NCBI GenBank assembly: GCA_029742005.1
Contig: GCA_029742005.1_4113.1
DNA length: 64,000 nt
Reading direction: 5' to 3' (one strand)
Source: a phage
In this document: positions 45,121-53,802 of the stretch, in pieces
How positions within the stretch are numbered: position 1 is the stretch's first letter
Layout: each line of letters opens with the position of its first letter
The notes under the pieces: model-generated
Database searches by the model: none
Seen by the model: the letters and a program-made list of their open reading frames with translations, nothing else
What the model was told of the DNA's origin: nothing
Program-made: the position numbers and the translations under genes

Positions 45121-45330
45121 ATGATCTATACAGTATATAGCGTTCTAGGTACTATTGCAGGCGTACACGATAACGTCGATAGTGCTATGCGTACAGTACT
45201 GCAACAGGTTCCACTAAAGCCTAAGACCATTAAGCAGATGACAGCACGATTAACCAGGGCGACGGCTGGCGTGGAAGTATGGCAGGACTATGGGGATACA
45301 CAGATAATCGTAAGCGTAACGAAGGATTAA
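45121..45330 (+). CDS. hypothetical protein
   Basis: RBS TCAGGAG. Confidence 0.5.
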   Translation: MIYTVYSVLGTIAGVHDNVDSAMRTVLQQVPLKPKTIKQMTARLTRATAGVEVWQDYGDTQIIVSVTKD

Positions 45331-45561
45331 TGCGTAAAAGGATTTAGTACTGAATCAAAAAAAAGTCAAGGCATTTTTTTCATGCGTCGAAAAAAAACTT
45401 AACCAGTACACTATCACGCATGAAATAATTTTGACCAGTGATTATATCTCTTGCCCTAAAGGGCGGGTAATGTCTTAGCGAGCATATTGGAGTTCTTGGG
45501 TAGGACAAAATTATTTCTTGTGCTATAATTATATCGAATGTAATCATAGAAAGGAGTCCCT

Positions 45562-45759
45562 ATGCGTATTTTAACTGAAGAAGAGCACAACCACACACTC
45601 ATATCCAACATGGCATATATCCTACATATGTCACATATCCGTGGTATTGCATATAAGCGTGAATTGGTTATGAAACTTTTCATAGGAACTAACTATCAAG
45701 AAAAGTATATCGAACTATACTTACAAGAATTACGAAGGGACATAAAAGGAAGACGATGA
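45562..45759 (+). CDS. small protein, LGTNYQ-motif family C
   Basis: RBS AAAGGAG; ..FIGTNYQEKY.. Confidence 0.55.
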   Translation: MRILTEEEHNHTLISNMAYILHMSHIRGIAYKRELVMKLFIGTNYQEKYIELYLQELRRDIKGRR

Positions 45760-45956
45760 AAATGCGTATTTTAAATAAAGAAGATTATCAAGAACTGTTA
45801 TGTAAAAACATGGTAAAGATTTATAACACAGACACAAACTTAGAACGAATTGAGTTATACCTTTTGATTACATTGGGAACAAGCTATCAGAGAAGATGGG
45901 TGATTCAATATATGGATGCATTGAAAAATGAAATATTGTCCACGAGGAAACAATGA
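45756..45956 (+). CDS. small protein, family C
   Basis: ATGA overlap; ..LGTSYQRR.. Confidence 0.5.
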   Translation: MKMRILNKEDYQELLCKNMVKIYNTDTNLERIELYLLITLGTSYQRRWVIQYMDALKNEILSTRKQ

Positions 45957-46162
45957 AAACTATAACACGAACCCAATCATACGGTCTTATCTTGAGATAC
46001 ATGGACTTAATGTTGGATATCAGCAAAGACCTTCCTAAAACTGCAATTGAAGTTACAAGAGCAGAGATCCGCATGTTGGCTGTACTGAACACAAACCATC
46101 AGGAAGAGTATGTTGATGATTGGATTAATTTTTTAATTCAAGATATAAAGAGTAAACTATGA
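45953..46162 (+). CDS. small protein, family C
   Basis: ATGA overlap; ..LNTNHQEEY.. Confidence 0.5.
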   Translation: MKTITRTQSYGLILRYMDLMLDISKDLPKTAIEVTRAEIRMLAVLNTNHQEEYVDDWINFLIQDIKSKL

Positions 46163-46371
46163 TTTTTTTAACACCAGAAGAATATAAGATACGTTTTGTT
46201 TCTGTCCAGAATAAAATCTTAATTATATACAATTCAAATGCAGACCTTAACTTATCAAGGGTATTAGAAAAAGATTTACTTATGGGTGCATTTTTGGATA
46301 CAGACTTTCAGGAGTATTATGTAGGGGAATACTTAATTGCACTCAAGAATTATATTAAGAGTAAACTATGA
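46159..46371 (+). CDS. small protein, family C
   Basis: ATGA overlap; ..LDTDFQEYY.. Confidence 0.5.
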   Translation: MIFLTPEEYKIRFVSVQNKILIIYNSNADLNLSRVLEKDLLMGAFLDTDFQEYYVGEYLIALKNYIKSKL

Positions 46372-46583
46372 ATATCATTGCAAACTCAAATCAATATACC
46401 GAACGCGTCGCTGCAAGACAACTTGAAATTCTCATAGTATACGAAGAGACTTCTGATTTAAACTTAGCCGAGGTATTGGAAAATGATATACTATTGGGTG
46501 CATTCCTCGGCACAGACTATCAGGAGCACTTCTTGAATGAGTATATAATTGCACTCCAGAAATACATTAAGAGCAAACTATGA
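46368..46583 (+). CDS. small protein, family C
   Basis: ATGA overlap; ..LGTDYQEHF.. Confidence 0.5.
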   Translation: MNIIANSNQYTERVAARQLEILIVYEETSDLNLAEVLENDILLGAFLGTDYQEHFLNEYIIALQKYIKSKL

Positions 46584-46816
46584 AACATTTAAGTAACTCC
46601 GAGAAGAATAAAATTATCGTTGCTGCAATAAACAAATATTTTACACTTCCTCACACAGAAGGTTTATGTGTAAGAGAACACAGGATAAACACCACCGATA
46701 TACGCATGATGGCTGTACTGGGGACTAACTTTCAGAAGGAGTATGTTGATGCACACATTACCGCACTGATGAACTTTATAATGGGAAAGGTAAATGAAAC
46801 ACTTAACACTAGATGA
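46580..46816 (+). CDS. small protein, family C
   Basis: ATGA overlap; ..LGTNFQKEY.. Confidence 0.5.
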   Translation: MKHLSNSEKNKIIVAAINKYFTLPHTEGLCVREHRINTTDIRMMAVLGTNFQKEYVDAHITALMNFIMGKVNETLNTR

Positions 46817-47051
46817 ATATGAAACTATAGTCCGTAAACTAACCCCTATAGCAAGGATAGTCTACGATGACCCCAGCCTTACATGGAACCAAATGCGAGC
46901 TAAAGTTAATGAGCTATGGTTGCTGTACTTTATGGGAACGCAATATCAAGATAAGTTTTGCACAGAATATGTCGAACAATTAATGAATGTTATACAGGAT
47001 AAACTAGATGATTATTGGCTCGCAAAACATGAAGACTTTATCAGGAGTTGA
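46794..47051 (+). CDS. small protein, family C
   Basis: ..MGTQYQDKF.. Confidence 0.5.
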   Translation: MKHLTLDEYETIVRKLTPIARIVYDDPSLTWNQMRAKVNELWLLYFMGTQYQDKFCTEYVEQLMNVIQDKLDDYWLAKHEDFIRS

Positions 47052-47280
47052 GTATCAAACTGCCCTATTCTCTTTAATCCATACCCTTAGAAAAAACAAT
47101 GCCTTACATGGTGCACCTGAAGTGGATGTTATCAACGGTGAACTTTATCTGATGAAATTCATTGGAACAAACTATCAAGATCTGTTCATTCAACGATACC
47201 TATCAGCATTAAGAAACCAAATCCAATATAAAACCATCAAGGCCAAAAAAGAATGGAATAAACAATGCGACACAGACTAA
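47029..47280 (+). CDS. small protein, family C
   Basis: ..IGTNYQDLF..; start uncertain. Confidence 0.45.
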   Translation: MKTLSGVEYQTALFSLIHTLRKNNALHGAPEVDVINGELYLMKFIGTNYQDLFIQRYLSALRNQIQYKTIKAKKEWNKQCDTD

Positions 47281-47516
47281 ATCACAAAATGTATTGTAAA
47301 CTATTGCAGACACTGGCACAGAAACACTATGACACGGTATCTGAAATATTACCCTATGATATCATGCGTTTACTTCACTGTGAGGCCGAGATGCTTGTAC
47401 TGATGACAGGCACAGATAAAAAAGCAATTGCCAAATCAATAGATATGTTCATCGAAGCACAATGTCAACACATTAGAACCGAGATATGGAGGCGAGAGAA
47501 TGATAACCCTAAATGA
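47265..47516 (+). CDS. small protein, family C (divergent)
   Basis: ..MTGTDKKAI.. Confidence 0.45.
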   Translation: MRHRLNHKMYCKLLQTLAQKHYDTVSEILPYDIMRLLHCEAEMLVLMTGTDKKAIAKSIDMFIEAQCQHIRTEIWRRENDNPK

Positions 47517-47715
47517 GTATCAGTATCATTGGAGGTTACAAGCTATAAGAAGGAAAGTTGTTAGTATTTCTTTAGACAAGTCTATTGCACAAGAGGACAA
47601 ATGTGTTATAATAGCTGAAATGAAGTTGGGTGTTTTCGTAGGGACAAACTATCAAAACATCTACACTGACGTATTGTTAAGTGTCTTACGTAACAAGGTG
47701 ATATCAAAAGAATGA
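47500..47715 (+). CDS. small protein, family C
   Basis: ..VGTNYQNIY.. Confidence 0.5.
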   Translation: MITLNEYQYHWRLQAIRRKVVSISLDKSIAQEDKCVIIAEMKLGVFVGTNYQNIYTDVLLSVLRNKVISKE

Positions 47716-47930
47716 GAAAATTACAAGGCTTTGAATACATCAGGCTCCTGAAAACATGTGGCAGCAGAAGGAGAATGATATCAAGCGATAAGAGCATCTC
47801 TATTGACCTGAAGCACGCAATGAAAGCTGAACTCTATGTATGAGCACTATTGGGGACAAACTATCAACAAATGTATGTAGACCTATGGATTGATGCATTA
47901 GTCAAGGAGGTCCAAAGTAAATGCAAATGA
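47712..47930 (+). pseudogene. family C member interrupted by in-frame TGA at 47841-47843
   Basis: ATGA overlap start; 43 codons, TGA, then ALLGTNYQQMYVDLWIDALVKEVQSKCK in the same frame. Confidence 0.5.
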
Positions 47931-48139
47931 TTAATTTAAGTAAAGATGAATTTTATGTTCTACTGGCGAAAACTTATTCATTACGCAAGGCCGTTTATGA
48001 TAGTCACATTATTGAACCAACAAAGAAGTTGATTTTAGTATCTGAGATAAAGATGCTTTCAGTCTTAGGAACAAACTACCAAGAGAATGCTGTACTGTTG
48101 TTAATTGATGCCCTCAAGAGAGAGATACAAAGTAAATGA
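47927..48139 (+). CDS. small protein, family C
   Basis: ATGA overlap; ..LGTNYQENA.. Confidence 0.5.
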   Translation: MINLSKDEFYVLLAKTYSLRKAVYDSHIIEPTKKLILVSEIKMLSVLGTNYQENAVLLLIDALKREIQSK

Positions 48140-48375
48140 TTCATTTATCTTACCATGATTATCAAAAACGTTTAAATGCATCAAGGGATATAAGAATTCA
48201 AATCTTCAATAACAAAAAATTGAAACCTGACACCAGAAGAATCAAAATAATCGAAGCAGAGTTATGCAACTTCCTGGGGACGAACTATCAGGCAGGTAAG
48301 GTAAAAAACTATCTTAGAGAACTCATGAATTGTATCGAAAATAAATGCGATGCTTTGGAGGATAAAAATGATTAA
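48136..48375 (+). CDS. small protein, family C
   Basis: ATGA overlap; ..LGTNYQAGK.. Confidence 0.5.
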   Translation: MIHLSYHDYQKRLNASRDIRIQIFNNKKLKPDTRRIKIIEAELCNFLGTNYQAGKVKNYLRELMNCIENKCDALEDKND

Positions 48376-48625
48376 TTTAAATTCTGATGAATATCATGAA
48401 CGCATGGCTAAAATCTCAACTAAACGAAATGAAATCTATCACAACCCAGAAATTCAACACAGTAAGAAAATGATTATGATGCGTGAGTTAAAGTTGGGTG
48501 TATTCTTAGGAACAAACTATCAAGAACCAGAGGTCCAACGCGTATTAAATGAATTACTAATGGAAATCAGAGGTAAGCTTTACTTTCATCAAATGACCCA
48601 ACCACTGAGGTGTACTGTGAAATGA
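48368..48625 (+). CDS. small protein, family C
   Basis: RBS GGAGGA; ..LGTNYQEPE.. Confidence 0.5.
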   Translation: MINLNSDEYHERMAKISTKRNEIYHNPEIQHSKKMIMMRELKLGVFLGTNYQEPEVQRVLNELLMEIRGKLYFHQMTQPLRCTVK

Positions 48626-48837
48626 TCAACATCACATTACAAGAAAGATTCATCCGAATCAACTATGCAATTTCCAAATTAGATGCTACAATAGGATTTC
48701 AAAGTCTACCGTTCAAAACCAGAATGATATTAGAGTGCGAAGCCAGGTTAGGTGTACTGTTAGGGACGCAACACCAACAACGATATGTGGAAATCTGGAT
48801 TGATCTTTTAACCCAAAATGCACATGAGAGAATGTAA
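48622..48837 (+). CDS. small protein, family C
   Basis: ..LGTQHQQRY.. Confidence 0.5.
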   Translation: MINITLQERFIRINYAISKLDATIGFQSLPFKTRMILECEARLGVLLGTQHQQRYVEIWIDLLTQNAHERM

Positions 48838-49068
48838 ATGCAAAATGAAATGATATACTTAACACATGATGAATTTCAAGAGAAGATGTTAAAAGCCAAT
48901 AACATTACTCTTAAGTTCGTTCCAAATCAATCAATATATGAAATGTCTGCGAATGTATTGTTTGAGAAGCTACCATACGTTCTTGGAACTGATAAACAAG
49001 AATTTATGGTTCAAAATATGATTGAGCATCTTGCAATGAGTATTATGGAAAAAGTAAATGCAAAATGA
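48838..49068 (+). CDS. small protein, family C (divergent)
   Basis: ..LGTDKQEFM..; start may be 48850. Confidence 0.45.
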   Translation: MQNEMIYLTHDEFQEKMLKANNITLKFVPNQSIYEMSANVLFEKLPYVLGTDKQEFMVQNMIEHLAMSIMEKVNAK

Positions 49069-49318
49069 AATGAAATACTTAACATATAATGAATACGTCG
49101 AGAGATTAGTTAGTGCCAAGAGATATGCCAATCAACTTCCTAATGATCCAAACCAAACCCCAGAGGAAAAGAATGCGGAAGCTCTATTCCAAGCACTACC
49201 ATACCTTCTTGGAACTGATAGGCAGGAGTATCACGTTGAACGTATAATTAAATCTCTTAAAATCACTATTAAGGAAAAAGTAAATGCAAAAGGAAATGAT
49301 ATACTTAACAGACGATGA
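49058..49318 (+). CDS. small protein, family C (divergent)
   Basis: ..LGTDRQEYH..; start may be 49070. Confidence 0.45.
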   Translation: MQNEMKYLTYNEYVERLVSAKRYANQLPNDPNQTPEEKNAEALFQALPYLLGTDRQEYHVERIIKSLKITIKEKVNAKGNDILNRR

Positions 49319-49541
49319 GTTAAAAGAACGATTAATTAAATCCAGAAAACTTACAAATCAACTTCCAAACGACACAAACAAGTCACCTGCCGAAAGGAGT
49401 GCAGAAGTTTTATACATTCAACTCATGTACTTTCTTGGAACTGACAGACAAGAGTATTACATTGAAAGTATGCTTCGATATCTTAAATTCTCTATAAAGG
49501 AAAAGATACATGCTCAAGAATTTAAAAATCCTAACAGCTAA
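49284..49541 (+). CDS. small protein, family C (divergent)
   Basis: ..LGTDRQEYY..; start may be 49296. Confidence 0.45.
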   Translation: MQKEMIYLTDDELKERLIKSRKLTNQLPNDTNKSPAERSAEVLYIQLMYFLGTDRQEYYIESMLRYLKFSIKEKIHAQEFKNPNS

Positions 49542-49767
49542 TGAATATCATAAGATTGTAATGGAAACTAATAGTGCTTACGCTAAAAAATCAAACCCAA
49601 AGTATATACTGGAACACACATTTGAAGAACGTCAATTAGCTCTAGTTGAAGCAAAACTTCTTGCACTATTAGGAACAAACTATCAGGAAGAATACAATAG
49701 AAAACTAATATACCTTTTAACTAAACACATCAGGAAAAGAAAAAAGCATGAAACACTTGACAGATGA
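49510..49767 (+). CDS. small protein, family C
   Basis: ..LGTNYQEEY.. Confidence 0.5.
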   Translation: MLKNLKILTANEYHKIVMETNSAYAKKSNPKYILEHTFEERQLALVEAKLLALLGTNYQEEYNRKLIYLLTKHIRKRKKHETLDR

Positions 49768-49978
49768 TGAACATGGGCTTATAGTAATGGATGTAATCAA
49801 CATCGAATTCAAAAAGTTGATACGCTACCGTTGTTATGAAGATAAGCAACTCGTTCTAGCAGAACAGAAGTTGTTTCGACTCTTAAACACAAACTACCAA
49901 GCACAATACGAAGAATCGTATATGTACCTTTTGGCGAGGAAAGCAAAAAGAGATTATGAAAATTTTAAGCCACGATAA
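49748..49978 (+). CDS. small protein, family C
   Basis: ..LNTNYQAQY.. Confidence 0.5.
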   Translation: MKHLTDDEHGLIVMDVINIEFKKLIRYRCYEDKQLVLAEQKLFRLLNTNYQAQYEESYMYLLARKAKRDYENFKPR

Positions 49979-50171
49979 ACAAACAGAATTGTTAATCTTT
50001 AATACAAGTAAATTCTTAAACATAACATTGTCTGATATAGATGAGGATGAAAAAGAGTTACTTAGAGCAGATTTAAGAGTTCTTTTATATATTGGAACTA
50101 ACTTCCAAGAGCAATTCGTTGAGGACTACATCGATGAACTTAAAGAATCTGTACTGAGAACATGCAAATGA
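49956..50171 (+). CDS. small protein, family C
   Basis: ..IGTNFQEQF.. Confidence 0.5.
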   Translation: MKILSHDKQTELLIFNTSKFLNITLSDIDEDEKELLRADLRVLLYIGTNFQEQFVEDYIDELKESVLRTCK

Positions 50172-50413
50172 AAATCCTTTCACCAAGTGAATACCACGAA
50201 CTATTAAGTAGTTTAATTCTAAAATTGTATATAGCAAAGACCACAGATTTACCAGATGAAGAAAAAAATATTCTAATGAGTGAAATCTATGTTAATTCTA
50301 CCCTAGGGACTAACTATCAAGAATGTAATATTAATGATTACATCAAAGAACTAAAAAGGTTTATCCAATGCAAATGCGAATCATTACCGGAGAAGAATAC
50401 CGAACAATCATAA
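50168..50413 (+). CDS. small protein, family C
   Basis: ATGA overlap; ..LGTNYQECN..; 3' end runs into next gene. Confidence 0.5.
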   Translation: MKILSPSEYHELLSSLILKLYIAKTTDLPDEEKNILMSEIYVNSTLGTNYQECNINDYIKELKRFIQCKCESLPEKNTEQS

Positions 50414-50610
50414 ATGGACTGTTTTTGAAGTTATTTGCCATTAACACATCAAAACTACCAGATACGGATAAAATTATTAAGTTAAATGAAATCTACGTTC
50501 AAGCTACTCTAGGAACTAACTATCAAGAAGCCAATGTGTATAATTACATTAATACACTTAAAAGGGTAATACAATTAAAATGCACAGACAGCACATACAC
50601 AAACCCCTAG
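50374..50610 (+). CDS. small protein, family C
   Basis: ..LGTNYQEAN..; near-duplicate of 50168. Confidence 0.5.
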   Translation: MRIITGEEYRTIINGLFLKLFAINTSKLPDTDKIIKLNEIYVQATLGTNYQEANVYNYINTLKRVIQLKCTDSTYTNP

Positions 50611-50810
50611 GAACAGCAGAATACATTGAACTAATGGCAGCAAACTTCTCATCCTTTCAGAAACTGATGCAAGAATCAAATAATGATTTAGAATATCATA
50701 TCAAAAGTTCAGATTTAAGATTGTTACTCACTCTAGGAACAGACAGTCAGTACAAATTCGTACAGGAGCATATTAGAGCACTTTTAAATGGCATCAGGAA
50801 TAAACTATGA
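50580..50810 (+). CDS. small protein, family C (divergent)
   Basis: ..LGTDSQYKF.. Confidence 0.45.
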   Translation: MHRQHIHKPLGTAEYIELMAANFSSFQKLMQESNNDLEYHIKSSDLRLLLTLGTDSQYKFVQEHIRALLNGIRNKL

Positions 50811-51022
50811 AGGTAATATCAAACCAAGAGTACTTGGCACTATTCAGAAAAAATAGTCAAGAATTTCTGAATCTTGATACAAGAACTGATATAAGTGAAC
50901 TTGAAAAAAATCTTTTGCGTTCAGAGATGATAGTACTGACACTCTTAGGAACACAGCACCAAGAGAGAACTGTTAATTCACACATAGGGATTCTTATACA
51001 GATAGTACAGGAAAAGATATGA
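50807..51022 (+). CDS. small protein, family C (divergent)
   Basis: ATGA overlap; ..LGTQHQERT.. Confidence 0.5.
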   Translation: MKVISNQEYLALFRKNSQEFLNLDTRTDISELEKNLLRSEMIVLTLLGTQHQERTVNSHIGILIQIVQEKI

Positions 51023-51240
51023 GAATCATAACACAACAAGATATTCTTAAGTTCACAAGGGTTCATGCATCTGAATTTGATGCTATATTATCAAAAAGTT
51101 ACAACAACCCTTATACAGAAGATGTACACTACAGTGAATTATGGGTGTATATACTTTTAGGTACAGATCATCAAGAGCAAGCAGTACAGAAGTATTTGTT
51201 AGCGTTAAGTACTGCTACTGCTAATGGAGTATGTGTTTAA
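51019..51240 (+). CDS. small protein, family C (divergent)
   Basis: ATGA overlap; ..LGTDHQEQA.. Confidence 0.5.
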   Translation: MRIITQQDILKFTRVHASEFDAILSKSYNNPYTEDVHYSELWVYILLGTDHQEQAVQKYLLALSTATANGVCV

Positions 51241-51241
51241 T

Positions 51242-51484
51242 ATGAAAGTACTGACAGAATTAGAAATGTATCATAGATTTAATAAGTACTATCATTTACT
51301 TAAACCTATACAGAGGATTAAGTGTCCCTTTGTAGTGAAACAGGTATTAATTTATGAGCATAAGTTATTTGTATCATTAGGTACGAATGAACAAGAGTAT
51401 TATTTGAAGTTGTACTTAATTACTTTAATTGAATTGATTAATTACAAAACTCAGAAAGCGAAGAAATCTAAAAATGAAAACTAA
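51242..51484 (+). CDS. small protein, family C (divergent)
   Basis: RBS GGAG; ..LGTNEQEYY.. Confidence 0.5.
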   Translation: MKVLTELEMYHRFNKYYHLLKPIQRIKCPFVVKQVLIYEHKLFVSLGTNEQEYYLKLYLITLIELINYKTQKAKKSKNEN

Positions 51485-51815
51485 AATTCAACTCAGGGTA
51501 TACATATCGTATGAAAATATATACGTTAAAAGTAGTCTATGTAAAGATGTAATGGACTACAAAGGTAAACCATTCACAGTTACTTACAGTTTAACAGGAG
51601 GTTTATATATCTCTTTTGCTAATTACGAAAATAATATGTACGAACACATTGACATTGAAGATTTAAGTACTTTATCACCAGAGGAATACTTCCAGGAATC
51701 ATTAGTATGGGATTTAGAGTTCCCTATGCCATTAGTACATAAGATGATAGTACTAATGAAAGAATCTAAACAGGAGCCTAATAGTGCTTATGAAGAACAC
51801 ATTATTGAGTATTAA
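51474..51815 (+). CDS. FQ-motif family D protein inside family C array
   Basis: ..SPEEYFQESLVWDLEF.. Confidence 0.5.
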   Translation: MKTKIQLRVYISYENIYVKSSLCKDVMDYKGKPFTVTYSLTGGLYISFANYENNMYEHIDIEDLSTLSPEEYFQESLVWDLEFPMPLVHKMIVLMKESKQEPNSAYEEHIIEY

Positions 51816-51827
51816 GAGTACTGATAT

Positions 51828-52043
51828 ATGAAAAGATTATCATACAAAGATTACAGTAAACTTATCAGTACTTTACAACCAGAAATTAGAAGAATTAATT
51901 ATCTTCCTATATCTAACGAAGAACGTGTAGTACTGAAAAATGAGTTAATCTTAAAACGCACAGTAGGTACTAACTATCAAGATAATAGTGTTCGCGATTT
52001 AATTAGAGGGTTAATGATCACAATAAAGGCCAAGTGCTATTGA
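51828..52043 (+). CDS. small protein, family C
   Basis: ..VGTNYQDNS.. Confidence 0.5.
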   Translation: MKRLSYKDYSKLISTLQPEIRRINYLPISNEERVVLKNELILKRTVGTNYQDNSVRDLIRGLMITIKAKCY

Positions 52044-52107
52044 CAGTACTTGACGGAGCTTTTCATTACTGATATAGTGCATCAACGTTAATCATAGGGT
52101 ACAGATT

Positions 52108-52353
52108 ATGTTAAAATTTTTAAATTTCCTTATCGTCTTGTGTATTGTTCTTGGAATTGCACCGTTTGTATTAGCGTATCTGGATTCAGATGAAATGCAG
52201 AAGATGAATTGCACAAAGACAGGACAGAGTAGAGAAGAGACGGTTATGATGCCTGTAACGGTTATTGTGAATAACATACCAATTACGAACATGATTCCTA
52301 CCCTAACGACAACGTACCAGTACTCTTGTGCTGACGGAGAGAGGTGGAGATGA
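52108..52353 (+). CDS. small membrane protein
   Basis: Hydrophobic N-terminus; RBS ATAGGG weak. Confidence 0.45.
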   Translation: MLKFLNFLIVLCIVLGIAPFVLAYLDSDEMQKMNCTKTGQSREETVMMPVTVIVNNIPITNMIPTLTTTYQYSCADGERWR

Positions 52354-52661
52354 AATTTAATATAGCAAAAACATCGAGTATATGTATTTTTGGTTATTCC
52401 TATGAATTGGGTGATATTGACATTCTATTGTACAAAACGAATGGTGTTATGCATTTCAAGTACCAGGATGAAGAGGCAGACAATTATCTTTTACCTAATT
52501 TAGTACAAATGCAGGAAGAGGAATTATTCCAGTACAGCTTAATATACGACATTGATATTTGCACGATGCCAGTATTAATTAGTATTCAAAAAGTGATGCT
52601 CGATATGTATGATAAGCTAATACAAGGTATGTCAGGGAGGATCATTGAAATCGATATATAA
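52344..52661 (+). CDS. FQ-motif family D protein
   Basis: ..QEEELFQYSLIYDIDI.. Confidence 0.5.
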   Translation: MEMKFNIAKTSSICIFGYSYELGDIDILLYKTNGVMHFKYQDEEADNYLLPNLVQMQEEELFQYSLIYDIDICTMPVLISIQKVMLDMYDKLIQGMSGRIIEIDI

Positions 52662-52857
52662 GAATTTACCTAATGAATATTTGTTGAAGTACAAAGAGTT
52701 TATTAAAGATGTATATGTAGATCCTTTTAATATCAAATTTGCAGAGTTCGAAGTATCATTTTATCTAGGGACAATAGTACAGGACCAATACGTTGATAAT
52801 CTAATAAGGTGTTTGAAAAAGGAGATACAATGCAGACCCAAATGTACAAAAAAATAA
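52645..52857 (+). CDS. small protein, family C (divergent)
   Basis: ..LGTIVQDQY.. Confidence 0.45.
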   Translation: MKSIYKNLPNEYLLKYKEFIKDVYVDPFNIKFAEFEVSFYLGTIVQDQYVDNLIRCLKKEIQCRPKCTKK

Positions 52858-53093
52858 ACTGTTATTTGTATGCATCAAAGTACAGGGATTTTTGTTTACG
52901 AGGGGGAGAGGAAGATTTTGCTCTGAGATTATCGGAATTTAATATGTTATTTTATCTTGGTACATCAGTACAAGAAGAAATGGTACAGAAATTTATCAAT
53001 CACCTTGTACAAAAAATTAATATGCAAATTTTGATGCTTGAGTTACAGAATGAGATAAACAAATATGAACCCAACAATAGTACAGGATCTTAA
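52830..53093 (+). CDS. small protein, family C (divergent)
   Basis: RBS AGGAGA; ..LGTSVQEEM.. Confidence 0.45.
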   Translation: MQTQMYKKINCYLYASKYRDFCLRGGEEDFALRLSEFNMLFYLGTSVQEEMVQKFINHLVQKINMQILMLELQNEINKYEPNNSTGS

Positions 53094-53454
53094 ACAAGTA
53101 ATATTCCTTTTGAATACAAGAAGTGAAATGTATACAGAGTTTAAAGAGATTAATGCATTTTATCAGAATTTTGTAATTCAAGAGTTCAGTGATTTAATTA
53201 CAGATGCATTATTTGAATTATCGGAAAAATACAAAGGAACAGAGTTCAGTGTTAAAAATGTATTACGTTCTTTATCAACGCGTATAATAAAATTAGATCA
53301 TTTCAAATTTGAAAATAAAGATTTATTCAGTCACAATCCAAGTACAGCTTTATATTTTATTCCTGATTCAGACAAAAATCATCCTATTCATTACGGATGG
53401 ATTTTGTCGTACATAGTACAAGGAAAGGAGTATCCTATTAAATGGAACGATTAG
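53065..53454 (+). CDS. hypothetical protein
   Basis: 129-aa ORF. Confidence 0.45.
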   Translation: MNPTIVQDLKQVIFLLNTRSEMYTEFKEINAFYQNFVIQEFSDLITDALFELSEKYKGTEFSVKNVLRSLSTRIIKLDHFKFENKDLFSHNPSTALYFIPDSDKNHPIHYGWILSYIVQGKEYPIKWND

Positions 53455-53602
53455 GGCGATTAGATTATTACACAATTAATACAAATTATTTGTTGCGTAA
53501 TATAAAATCCGATTACAAAATATGGATAAAGAACAGAGATAGTATGTGTTATGAATTTTATTTAGATTATGCCATCAAACGCTTTTTAAGAGAAGAACAT
53601 TA

Positions 53603-53794
53603 ATGCACACACCGCACAAAGAGCACAAAAATACAAAAACGATAAATGTTTTAAATGATTCTTTATTGGTGAGTATAAATTTATATTATAAAATTCATTT
53701 AAATGGTGGTATTGAAAATTTTAGTTATTATTTGAGTGCAATATCGCAAGAGCATTTAATATACCAAGATCATTTATTGCACCCGAATCCATAA
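53603..53794 (+). CDS. hypothetical small protein (doubtful)
   Basis: ORF only; no RBS; AT-rich. Confidence 0.25.
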   Translation: MHTPHKEHKNTKTINVLNDSLLVSINLYYKIHLNGGIENFSYYLSAISQEHLIYQDHLLHPNP

Positions 53795-53802
53795 GGCGAA
53801 TT

